This document shows positions 16,919-25,328 of a stretch of 34,398 nucleotides of DNA, piece after piece. The translations under genes were made by a program, and so were the position numbers. Source of the stretch: an uncultured Schwartzia sp. (lineage in GTDB: Bacteria; Bacillota; Negativicutes; Selenomonadales; Selenomonadaceae); NCBI GenBank assembly GCA_905373705.1, contig CAJPUA010000001.1:1-34398 (forward strand), given 5' to 3'. The notes beneath the pieces were generated by a model, which was given only the letters and a program-made list of their open reading frames with translations, had not been told where the DNA came from and did no database searches. Every line of letters begins with the position of its first letter. Position 1 is the first letter of the stretch.

Positions 16919-17729
16919 GCGCTTTGCAGGAAAAGAAGCTCTATTTCTTGAAAACACCATATTTTTTGAGCTTGTCGCTTCAGGTGAGGGTCGAGAAGAA
17001 TTCAAAGATGCCTTAAAGACATTGACCGAACAGCTCAGGGAAAGCGGCTCAATTCAGGATGCCTTTTACTCCATCAACCTTGAGCGGCAGTGCATTGCTG
17101 TAGAGCAATTCCTGAGACCGGACAAGCTCAATGAGCTCAATCAGCAGCTCTTGAAGAGCAGCGCGGCGGAGCAGGGAGTGCGCTTTGTCATGGACGCTAG
17201 GGCGTACAAAGCGCAGATAGACAAAGTCTTCATCCATGGAATAACGGAGCTTCCCAGTGGTGAGCCCTATGAAGTTTTCGTATCAGCCCAGAAGCGTCAT
17301 CTTGAGGCCTCCAAGAAGAACTTCAGGACGTCGGAAGAGGTGGACTTTTTTAACGCCAGAGTGTCCAACCTAAACGCAGGTTTGAAAAATTTTAAGGAAC
17401 TCCAGGAAAAGGCCGTGTTCCCCGAACGAGCCGCCGCCAAGGCGGAAGCCCGAAAGCTGGTTGGAGAAGATGGTCAGGTCTTCCGTCCCAACCCAAAAGG
17501 CGACCACTGCTACAGGGGAGAGATTCTGAAAGTCACAGACACACACGCCATCCAGAGGTTCTCCGTCAATGCCGTCTACATTCATAATCTAAGAGATTTT
17601 CCAAGCAACAAGACCCCCTCCGTTGGCGACGTCCTCGCAATACGATACAGCAACGCCAGGATAGAGTTCGTTGAGCCCATCCCGGACAAGACGCAGGCGA
17701 AGGTCAGGCAGCAGGCTCTGGGAAGGTGA
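16911..17729 (+). CDS. Plasmid protein with a KfrB-like C-terminal module, copy B of the duplicated module
   Basis: 272 aa. 8-nt overlap (ATGACTGA) with the small gene, the same architecture as copy A. YRGEILKVTDTHAIQRFSVNAVYIHNLRDF parallels the copy A motif. Basic C-terminal tail AKVRQQALGR. Confidence 0.7.
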   Translation: MTERFAGKEALFLENTIFFELVASGEGREEFKDALKTLTEQLRESGSIQDAFYSINLERQCIAVEQFLRPDKLNELNQQLLKSSAAEQGVRFVMDARAYKAQIDKVFIHGITELPSGEPYEVFVSAQKRHLEASKKNFRTSEEVDFFNARVSNLNAGLKNFKELQEKAVFPERAAAKAEARKLVGEDGQVFRPNPKGDHCYRGEILKVTDTHAIQRFSVNAVYIHNLRDFPSNKTPSVGDVLAIRYSNARIEFVEPIPDKTQAKVRQQALGR

Positions 17730-17733
17730 CGCC

Positions 17734-18951
17734 TTGCTGCTGGCGTCGCAAAGGGACAAAATTTTAACCTCCGCCGCTTTCCTGATCGGCTTCCTTACCC
17801 CGCTCCTGCCTGTGCAATATGCCGCCCTTTGGGGCCTCGTGCCCCTGCTTGCCCTTGAGGCAGACAGCCGTCAAAGTTCTTTTCTTGTGTCATTCGTCTT
17901 CTATCTCGCTTTGTCGCGCGGTATCGTTCCCGGTTCCTGCGTTTTCTTTCGCGACGGAAGCCTCATTCGAGCACTTTGCCTCTGGTGCTCAAGTGCCTTC
18001 GGACTTGCTCTGCCCTACGCACTTCTATCCCCTGTTCGCTCGTCCTCCAAAACGCCCCAGGCTATGCGGCTCGTCCTTGCCATCCTGGCTTCAGCCCTCC
18101 CTCCCCTGGGCCTGATCGGCTGGGGAAGTCCGTTGGTCGCTGCCGGATTGTTCTTCCCTTCAACAGGTTGGATTGGACTGGCCCTTCTCCTTCTCCTCTA
18201 CGGTCTTGCGGCAACATGGCGATATGTTCGCCTTGTTCTGTTTGTCACTGCTCTGGCTCTGACACCCATCTTACCAATCATGGAAGCTATTCCCTCGGCT
18301 AACTGGACGGGGATTGACACGGCCTTTGGCCGACTCGCAAGTGGAAGTGCAGATTTTGAAGAGCAGTATCAGCGTGAGCGTGAGGTCTTCGCAGATCTCT
18401 TGCGGAAGAAGCGAAATGGAGAGTTGAGTGCTGATATCCTTCTGTTGCCTGAAACGCTGGTTGGACGCATGAACCCAACGACGCACAAACGTTGGAGAGA
18501 TTTCCTTCACCACCTAGACGACAAAAAAGTCTTCATCGCCGGTGCGGAGATTCCGAAGGGCTGGAAGTACGACAACGTGATGGTCGCTTTCAATGACCCT
18601 ACCGCACACAGTGGGGAGGTTATCAAGGAGCAGACGGCAATCCAGCGTTGTCCCGTGCCGTTCTCCATGTACCGCCCGCTCAATCCATGGGGCGCAAACG
18701 CCGATATCTTCTCACGAGGCGAAAGCTCCATGATGTACTTCGCAGGAGAAAAAGCAGGGTTTCTGATCTGCTACGAGCAGTTTCTGGCGTGGCCAATGCT
18801 CTCGATGATGAGCCTCAAGCCCGATCTGCTGGCGGCCCCGGCAAACTTCTGGTGGTGCCGGGATACTACATTGCCAGCAGTCCGCGAGCGAACCCTGAAG
18901 CTCTTGTGCGCCCTCTTTGGCGTACCGTTGATATCAGCAGTTAACATCTAA
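17734..18951 (+). CDS. Lnt-like (apolipoprotein N-acyltransferase / carbon-nitrogen hydrolase fold) polytopic membrane protein, Ti-plasmid TraB-like position
   Basis: The formal ORF opens at 17671. TTG 17734 sits 7 nt after GGGAAGG and just past the previous stop. About six N-terminal TM segments, then LLLPETLVG (Glu), CPVPFSMYRP (compare Lnt LVPFGEY) and GFLICYEQF (Cys), matching the E-K-C triad layout of Lnt. Confidence 0.65.
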   Translation: MLLASQRDKILTSAAFLIGFLTPLLPVQYAALWGLVPLLALEADSRQSSFLVSFVFYLALSRGIVPGSCVFFRDGSLIRALCLWCSSAFGLALPYALLSPVRSSSKTPQAMRLVLAILASALPPLGLIGWGSPLVAAGLFFPSTGWIGLALLLLLYGLAATWRYVRLVLFVTALALTPILPIMEAIPSANWTGIDTAFGRLASGSADFEEQYQREREVFADLLRKKRNGELSADILLLPETLVGRMNPTTHKRWRDFLHHLDDKKVFIAGAEIPKGWKYDNVMVAFNDPTAHSGEVIKEQTAIQRCPVPFSMYRPLNPWGANADIFSRGESSMMYFAGEKAGFLICYEQFLAWPMLSMMSLKPDLLAAPANFWWCRDTTLPAVRERTLKLLCALFGVPLISAVNI

Positions 18952-18962
18952 ACGAGATGCAA

Positions 18963-18985
18963 AAGGGGGGCGCAGAGCCCCCCTT
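18963..18985. terminator. Bidirectional intrinsic terminator between convergent genes
   Basis: AAGGGGGGC (18963-18971), loop GCAGA, GCCCCCCTT (18977-18985). The 9-bp GC-rich stem is flanked by A and T residues. Confidence 0.7.
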
Positions 18986-18993
18986 AGCGTCGG

Positions 18994-19539
18994 CTAACGA
19001 ACTTTCATGTAAACTTTACCGCCGCCATCGTAGAGATTTCCGGTCGTGTCCTTGTAAAGACCATTCCTCTCGGCCCGCTTCACAAGTTCCTTACCAACCT
19101 CAGAGGCTTGCTCTTTGAAGCCGCCCTCAAGATTATAGCCAATCCAACAATCACTGGTATTGCCTTGAAAAATCCAGTTGCCTTCAAGGTATTTTTCGAC
19201 ATTATCCACGCTCTTTTCCAGCGCTTCCCTGATGTGCTCCGGCGTATCCAACGTTTTTGCCAGATCCACTTCTTGTTCTATGTGCTCCACGCAGAATATC
19301 AAAAGCGCAGCCTTCAAACTTTTCATATCGTCCACCAGAGTTTTCGCTGCAATAAACTCTTGGGAAGCGTCCACGGGGATCCCCGTCATCATAGCCTGTA
19401 TCTTGGCTTCTTCCTCAGCCTTCTGTGCTTCAATCTTCTGCCCCTCGTCGGCCACTATGAAATCACGCCCAAAGACACCAAGCGCCAACCCCACCGCAAC
19501 ACCGAGCACACAAAACAAAACGATACGATTCTTGGACAT
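18994..19539 (-). CDS. Hypothetical N-terminally membrane-anchored protein
   Basis: 181 aa. A single N-terminal hydrophobic helix (IVLFCVLGVAVGLALGVF) is followed by an acidic, probably extracytoplasmic domain. It starts 6 nt after the topB stop. No family recognised. Confidence 0.55.
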   Translation of the reverse strand: MSKNRIVLFCVLGVAVGLALGVFGRDFIVADEGQKIEAQKAEEEAKIQAMMTGIPVDASQEFIAAKTLVDDMKSLKAALLIFCVEHIEQEVDLAKTLDTPEHIREALEKSVDNVEKYLEGNWIFQGNTSDCWIGYNLEGGFKEQASEVGKELVKRAERNGLYKDTTGNLYDGGGKVYMKVR

Positions 19540-19544
19540 TTCAG

Positions 19545-21839
19545 TTACCTCTCTTTCTTTCGGATCGCTGGCTTGCCGTCCACGTCGTCAAAGAAGTTTC
19601 GGCACGTCGAACACTTCCAGAACGGGCCGTTCTTGCCGTTGAACTTCTCCGCCTTGCCCTTGCATCCACGTACAGGACAGGGAGCCTTGGGGCGCTCTTC
19701 ACGCACGACAGGCTTCCCATCCACGTCCTTAAACGTCACGCCAGGAGAACAGAAGCACCGCCAGAACTTCCCGTAAGTGCCATTGAACTGTCGCGCCTTG
19801 CGACCGCAACCCAGGGGACAATCTGCCTCGATCACTTCGCCCGTGTAGAGCTTCTTGGGGACCGGTTGTCCATCCTTGTCCTGTGAGAAGGTGGCCTTGC
19901 AGACAGGACATGCCAGAAATGCGTTACCATCCTTCTTCGATACCCGCCGCAGGTAACCCGCACATCCCTCCGTGAGGCAGCGGGGCCGCCGCTTCGCTCC
20001 TGGCATTTCAGGAACTTCTAACGAACATTGTACCATCTGGCCGACCGCCTCAGAAACGTCGCGGACGAAATCATCGAGCTGAAGCTCTCCCTGATCGATC
20101 TGTGTCATCTTCCGTTCCCAGAGTGCCGTCAGGTCAGGCTCTACAAGGATAGAAGATCTACCGGATAGAAGAAGATCGATCAGCATCCTTCCTGGTGATG
20201 TGGAGATCAACTGTTTCTTCTTCTTCACCAGAAATTCACGCTCAAGGAGCAGCTTGATGATGCTCTCCTGTGTGGCTGGCGTCCCTATTCCATCCAGATC
20301 CTTCAGCTGTTTCTTAACCTCCGGGTCCTGCACAAAGCGATGAATGGAGTTCATTGCTTCAAGAAGCGTATCGTAACTGAACCGCTTCGGCGGCGTAGTC
20401 TTTCGTTCCTCCACCGTCGGGGTTGTCTTGCCGTCCTCGCCAACCACGACAGTGGGTACGCTTTGCAGATGCGTGTCCACGTCCTCCTCGCCTTGGCATT
20501 CAGCTTGTTCTACTTTTTTCCAGCCCTGCACAAGCGTCTCATTTCCCACTGTCTTGAACTTCTCATGCGCGGCCTCAAACTCCACAATGGTTTCGCGGAT
20601 TTCACAGTCCGGCATGAACTGAACGGCATAGCGGACACAGACCAGATCATAGATTTTGCGTTCAATGTCGTTCATAGCTCCCTCGATGGGGATTCTCCTG
20701 GTCGGGATGATCGCGTGATGTTCCGTGATCTTTGTATCGTCCCAGGCAGCGCTCTTCCTCGAACGATCGATGTCCAACTCTGAGTCCGCGATGGCAGGAC
20801 ACGCCGAACTGATAGCATCGAGTACAGCCCCCGCGTCGGAGTGATGCCCTTCTGGAATGTAGCAACAATCCGTGCGCGGGTACGTGAGATATCCCTGTTC
20901 ATAGAGCTTTTGAAGATGTTTCAGCGCATCCGTTATATCATAGCGCTTGCTGGCTTCGGCCTGAAGTTTGGGGAGATTGTACGGCAGCGGCGGGGCCTCG
21001 TGGCGGATTTTCTTGTCCGCCCTGGTAATTGTTCCTGTCGCACCCTCCAGATCGCGCTCCAGCGTTTCGCATACGTCGCGATCAACGAGGCGCCTCTCCT
21101 CATCCAGGCCGGGCGCTTCCTCTGACGGTTGCCAACGGCCCGTTACCTGGCGATCACCCGTCTTAAGTTTCAGTGTTGCTGAAAGCACGAAGAACGGCTT
21201 AGGCACGAAATTTTCGATCTCGCGATCTCGGCGGACAACGAGGCCGAGCGTCGGCGTCTGGACGCGGCCAACGCTGTAGACGCCATCATATCCTGCATCG
21301 GCGAGACAAAGGGAGCAGTACCGACTCAGGTTCATTCCCGTAAGCCAGTCGGCGTAACTTCGCGCCTGGCCAGCGTGGTATTCGCCCTTGTAGGTTGCAT
21401 TGTCTTTCATCTCCTTCAAAGCCTTGCGAATCGCATCCGGATTCATGTCGTTCAGGCGCAACCGCTTCGTTGGCCCGTTCCATCCGCAATAGTCCAGAAG
21501 CTCGTCTATCAGGAGTTGGCCTTCCCTGTCCGCATCTCCAGCATGGACGACCTCGGAAGCGTCCTTCAAGAGCTTCCTAATACCATGCAGCAGTCCCTTC
21601 GTCCGCTCGATCTCCCTGAGTTTCCATGCCTTCGGGATGATAGGCAAGTCCTCGATTTTCCAGCGCTTATAGCGCTCGTCGTAATCCTCCGGTTCACAAA
21701 GTTCCAGGAGGTGCCCTGCCGCCCAGGCCACAACATCATTGCCGCAACGGATGAAGTTCTCCGAACGTGTCTTGATGCCTGGCAACACATCTGCCAGAGC
21801 ACGGCCCACAGACGCTTTCTCGGCGATGTATAAGATCAT
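19545..21839 (-). CDS. topB: DNA topoisomerase III (TraE/TopB-like) with C-terminal zinc ribbons
   Basis: 764 aa. Toprim start MILYIAEKASVGRALADVL and GDADREGQLLIDELL. Active-site region LYEQGYLTYPRTDC. At least four Cys4-type ribbons near the C-terminus (CLTEGCAG...CPVCK, CPLGCG...CFC, CPVRGC...CSTC). Confidence 0.9.
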   Translation of the reverse strand: MILYIAEKASVGRALADVLPGIKTRSENFIRCGNDVVAWAAGHLLELCEPEDYDERYKRWKIEDLPIIPKAWKLREIERTKGLLHGIRKLLKDASEVVHAGDADREGQLLIDELLDYCGWNGPTKRLRLNDMNPDAIRKALKEMKDNATYKGEYHAGQARSYADWLTGMNLSRYCSLCLADAGYDGVYSVGRVQTPTLGLVVRRDREIENFVPKPFFVLSATLKLKTGDRQVTGRWQPSEEAPGLDEERRLVDRDVCETLERDLEGATGTITRADKKIRHEAPPLPYNLPKLQAEASKRYDITDALKHLQKLYEQGYLTYPRTDCCYIPEGHHSDAGAVLDAISSACPAIADSELDIDRSRKSAAWDDTKITEHHAIIPTRRIPIEGAMNDIERKIYDLVCVRYAVQFMPDCEIRETIVEFEAAHEKFKTVGNETLVQGWKKVEQAECQGEEDVDTHLQSVPTVVVGEDGKTTPTVEERKTTPPKRFSYDTLLEAMNSIHRFVQDPEVKKQLKDLDGIGTPATQESIIKLLLEREFLVKKKKQLISTSPGRMLIDLLLSGRSSILVEPDLTALWERKMTQIDQGELQLDDFVRDVSEAVGQMVQCSLEVPEMPGAKRRPRCLTEGCAGYLRRVSKKDGNAFLACPVCKATFSQDKDGQPVPKKLYTGEVIEADCPLGCGRKARQFNGTYGKFWRCFCSPGVTFKDVDGKPVVREERPKAPCPVRGCKGKAEKFNGKNGPFWKCSTCRNFFDDVDGKPAIRKKER

Positions 21840-21860
21840 TGAATTACCTCTCTAAATTCG

Positions 21861-21889
21861 TTAGATCTGATCTTTTAATGGTGTATAAT
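21861..21889 (+). promoter_or_regulatory. Candidate plus-strand promoter (perfect -10)
   Basis: TATAAT at 21884-21889. A weak -35 (TTAGAT, 21861-21866) sits at 17-nt spacing. It points away from topB into the 350-nt non-coding gap. Confidence 0.3.
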
Positions 21890-22032
21890 AGGGACGTAAT
21901 GAGAAGTCCGTCCGGGAGAGCACGGACGGTACGAAACTGGGCTGCCGAAGCGGGGCTCTTACCCCCACCTCGGACTTACGCCCTTCTGGTGAAGGTTATC
22001 ACGCTTTGAGACTGCGGATGAAGTCCGCGATG

Positions 22033-22078
22033 GCTGCTATAAGCTTTGCGAGGGCTTGTAGCAGCTTTGTTGTTCTCT
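22033..22078 (+). terminator. Plus-strand intrinsic terminator inside the topB-trbI gap
   Basis: 12-bp stem 22033-22044/22054-22065 with a 9-nt loop, followed by TTTGTTGTTCTCT. The single non-Watson-Crick pair is T-G on the plus strand and would be A-C on the minus strand. Confidence 0.55.
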
Positions 22079-22191
22079 CCACGTTATCACCCCCTCCCTG
22101 CAAAATCCTCAGGTTGGAGGGATACCCCTACAGCCTCACCCGATGCTCCGGGTGGCTCTCCGTCCCCTATTCTACACCATCTTCCAAATGC

Positions 22192-23478
22192 TTAGAATCC
22201 AGTTACTGTCGTCGTTGGCTCTATCCAAGGTTCAGGAAAAACAACGTCCTGCTGGACCATCACGTTGAAACGGGAACCTGGTTTGACGACTATTGTCGGC
22301 TGTATTTCCAAAGCCTTCTCAGCCAACTTTGCCCCGATGTTTGCGATCGTTGTTCCAGTCGTTTCGACCAGTACGTCTTTCGCGCTCTTCTTCTGGTTGT
22401 TATTTCCTGTGTCATCTTTGTTGTCGGAGGCAATATCGACAGCAGCGGTAAAAAACGACGTGAAAAGCCCAGCCATCAGAAGTTGTGAGTAGTGATGATC
22501 TACCTTCCCTTTGATGCCGCTGTATCCCGCCATATCCGCTCCTGGGGACCCTGCAATGTTCAAGCTGCTGCCATCTGGATAGATGATTCGATTCCAGACG
22601 ATACCTACTCTCTTCTGACCGTGTGTGATTTGGGAATCGTAGACTCCAAGCAGCCGTGCCCCCTGGGGAATCAGCAGATAGGCCCCGGTAGAGCTGTCAT
22701 AGACGTTCTCAGACACCTGCCCAATCACCATTCCCGGAAGATCGGAGTTCACCCCAGTAAGCAGGAGCCCTGGAATTACCGTTCCAGCCTTCAACTCCAT
22801 ATCCATGAGCTGCGGTGTTCTAACGTGTTCCGAATAGCCCTGTGGCGTCCGCCCCTCACCCTGTTGGGTCAGAAACTCCAGCTTCCGCTGCTGTGGTGTC
22901 TTCTGTGCTTCCAGTACAGCAAGCGCTGCCTCTCCGTCGTAAGGGGCCCTGCCGCCATACATCGGCGGCGTTCTTTGTGGGACAGTGACATTACTATCGC
23001 CCTTATCGCTCTCTTGCTGCATGTCCTTAAAGCCATCGACGGCAGATTTCGCGCTTAAGGAGTTCTTGCGGAAGTCGCGATACTCCCGACCACTCTCTTT
23101 CTGTGCGTCTGTTAGCTTTCGAGCCTGTTTTTTCGGTGGTGGCGCGGGCTGAATAACGATCACCTTCGGCGTAGGCTCCACGACCTCCTGCCCCGCTTCC
23201 GGAACGGATGCTGGAAGTGTTGGCTGCCGCCGTGCGGCATCAAGGAGCTCGTTTTTAAGCTTAGATGCGTCCGTCATCATCCCCTTTTTTCTCTGCTGTT
23301 CTGCACTCTGGAGATTCTGCTCCGAGTTTTGAGCCATAATGACAAAGAGCATGACGGCAATGATGATGATCATCACGAACATCAGAATCTTCTGTCCCGA
23401 AGTCCGCTTCGTCTTCTTAAGCTCCGCATTATCGGCAAACAGCGGCGAACGCGGTGCATTTTGTTGTTGCTCCGCCAT
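22192..23478 (-). CDS. trbI: TrbI/VirB10 T4SS channel protein
   Basis: 428 aa. N-terminal TM (ILMFVMIIIIAVMLFVIMA), a Pro-rich linker, and a C-terminal VirB10 domain (GTVIPGLLLTGVNSDLPGMVIGQVSENVYDS...VWNRIIYPDGSSLNI). Confidence 0.85.
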   Translation of the reverse strand: MAEQQQNAPRSPLFADNAELKKTKRTSGQKILMFVMIIIIAVMLFVIMAQNSEQNLQSAEQQRKKGMMTDASKLKNELLDAARRQPTLPASVPEAGQEVVEPTPKVIVIQPAPPPKKQARKLTDAQKESGREYRDFRKNSLSAKSAVDGFKDMQQESDKGDSNVTVPQRTPPMYGGRAPYDGEAALAVLEAQKTPQQRKLEFLTQQGEGRTPQGYSEHVRTPQLMDMELKAGTVIPGLLLTGVNSDLPGMVIGQVSENVYDSSTGAYLLIPQGARLLGVYDSQITHGQKRVGIVWNRIIYPDGSSLNIAGSPGADMAGYSGIKGKVDHHYSQLLMAGLFTSFFTAAVDIASDNKDDTGNNNQKKSAKDVLVETTGTTIANIGAKLAEKALEIQPTIVVKPGSRFNVMVQQDVVFPEPWIEPTTTVTGF

Positions 23479-23479
23479 T

Positions 23480-24598
23480 TCAACGCTCCCTCGTAATCAA
23501 GACCTTTGACTTGCCGGCAATCATTACGGCTTTCCTGCTCATCAGGCGATCTATGATATAGAGCTCGCCTTTAACACGATAGTTCACCAGCTTTTGCTGC
23601 TTGCCCTCGTAGAACAGCACGACCGGAGCCTCCAGCGCTCTGTACTTTTTAGGCATCTGGATATAGGTCTTTGTGCCGTCGTCAAAGACCCGGACGGGCT
23701 TCCAGTCCACCTTGCCGGACACCTTGTACCCGAAGAACAGATTCTCAGCAGACATCGCGTAACTGGCTTCAAGCATCGTTTCCTTCTTTTGCGCTGCCCG
23801 ATTGGCCGCAATGAATGCCCCCCACTCACTCGCCACATCCTGTGGGTAACTGAAGCATATCGAAGGAATGTAGTCTGAGTTCGAGGAAATGAGGTCCAGA
23901 TTATAAGTGCGCCGGTCGGTCATCACTAGGAGATTGGTGCTGATGTCCGGCATCAAAGGCTTGATCACAACATGGATTACCTCCGCGCCGTCCGCCCCAC
24001 TCTTTGCCGGGGATATCTGCCAGCGCACCGTATCTCCAGCGTGAACAGCGTTCACCTTCTCTCCGACCTGAAGGGCGATGTCCGTGACGCGATTCGGGCG
24101 GCAAACAATGCGAGGAATGACACTGCCATAGGCAAATGTTACTGCACCGTTCTGCCCGTGCATAGGCTGTATCACGTTGCTTGCTTTTGCAAACTCCTGC
24201 ACCAATTCCAAAGCGCGCTCGTCGACCTGCCGGAGTGTCAGATCTTCCTGAACATCCAGCCAGTGCTGAGCCCTTTGAATCTCACGAATCTCCTCAGGCG
24301 TCAATTCTTCCTCATCGTCCAAAAGCTGTTGCTCGACAGGTATCTGTACTTCACCGGAGGCTGTCACCCACTTCACGCTTGAGACATCCATAGATGCAGG
24401 CAGAATATCCGGATACTCCTTAACCAGTTCTTGGAAACGCTCGTCAATATTGAATTGCTTCTCTTCCTTTTCCAATGCTGCCTGGGCTGACTGCGGTCGT
24501 GGCCGTGGCCGTGGCTTGGGGATCACCGTGGAAGCAAAAACAGCATCTGAACAAAGAAGGACTGCCAACACAAAGACAGTCATAAAGAACCTTCTCAA
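23480..24598 (-). CDS. trbG: TrbG/VirB9 T4SS outer-membrane core protein
   Basis: 372 aa with a signal peptide. VirB9-like blocks RIVCRPNRVTDIALQVGEKV, VIKPLMPDISTNLLVMTDRRTYNLDL and VRVFDDGTKTYIQMP. Confidence 0.8.
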   Translation of the reverse strand: MRRFFMTVFVLAVLLCSDAVFASTVIPKPRPRPRPQSAQAALEKEEKQFNIDERFQELVKEYPDILPASMDVSSVKWVTASGEVQIPVEQQLLDDEEELTPEEIREIQRAQHWLDVQEDLTLRQVDERALELVQEFAKASNVIQPMHGQNGAVTFAYGSVIPRIVCRPNRVTDIALQVGEKVNAVHAGDTVRWQISPAKSGADGAEVIHVVIKPLMPDISTNLLVMTDRRTYNLDLISSNSDYIPSICFSYPQDVASEWGAFIAANRAAQKKETMLEASYAMSAENLFFGYKVSGKVDWKPVRVFDDGTKTYIQMPKKYRALEAPVVLFYEGKQQKLVNYRVKGELYIIDRLMSRKAVMIAGKSKVLITRER

Positions 24599-24620
24599 AG
24601 AAAAAACCTCCTCAACCCTC

Positions 24621-25325
24621 TCAATTAGCGAGCTTTTCAGTAATATGGAAGTCAGATATAAAGACTCCCAGCGGGTTGCGCATGATATCTTTGATCTCTG
24701 TCGGTGGATTCATTTCAATAACGAACATGCCCTTGAAGAAACGCTCTCCGACGTACTTCTCATGCTCATACACCTTCTCCGACCATTCCGCTTGCCACGT
24801 CATGTTGCTCTCCGGCGTGGCGCGCAGCACAGACTGAAGTGTCACGTCCACAACGAAGTCCTTCTTCGTCAACGGATTGTTGTCGAGATAGTACTCATCG
24901 AGCTTCATTTGTGCTTGGGAGTTCTGCGCAATGCTGTCGTAGGTTTTCGTTAGCATCGCAAGTAGAGCTGTCTGGTCCGCGTAGATACTCCGCATGTTCG
25001 TGATGAAATCTGCGATTCGCGCCATGATGATGCGATCATCCGTCACTGCAGCAGGCTCGACTGGCGCAACAGCCATCTGGTATCCGTGTTGATCTACCTG
25101 AACGATGAACGGGACAACCTTCACTGTCTGTGCCATCCACAGCACTGTAGCGATCGACACAGCCAACAGGAGCAACATCAGGAATGCCACACGCCGCCAG
25201 GAAGCCGCGTTTTTTGCCAATCGCTCATAACGGTCGTTGTATTCCTTCTTTCCAATGGCGTAGGGATTTGCCGAGTCATACGCCTCGTGCAGATCAATCG
25301 CCTTTTCAACCTTTTCATTAGGCAT
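24621..25325 (-). CDS. trbF: TrbF/VirB8 T4SS inner-membrane protein
   Basis: 234 aa. Short cytoplasmic N-terminus, one TM (VAFLMLLLLAVSIATVLWMA) and a periplasmic domain. The position between trbL and trbG matches the P-type order. Confidence 0.75.
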   Translation of the reverse strand: MPNEKVEKAIDLHEAYDSANPYAIGKKEYNDRYERLAKNAASWRRVAFLMLLLLAVSIATVLWMAQTVKVVPFIVQVDQHGYQMAVAPVEPAAVTDDRIIMARIADFITNMRSIYADQTALLAMLTKTYDSIAQNSQAQMKLDEYYLDNNPLTKKDFVVDVTLQSVLRATPESNMTWQAEWSEKVYEHEKYVGERFFKGMFVIEMNPPTEIKDIMRNPLGVFISDFHITEKLAN

Positions 25326-25328
25326 GAT

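Noticed and set aside
19108-19776. Plus-strand ORFs of 222 aa and 154 aa, antisense to the 181-aa gene and the topB 3' end.
   Set aside because: They are antisense to better-supported genes and lack an RBS or any recognisable motif.
22006-22488. A 160-aa plus-strand ORF starting in the topB-trbI gap.
   Set aside because: Most of it is antisense to the conserved C-terminal domain of trbI. The part within the gap is better explained by the terminator hairpin and RNA structure.
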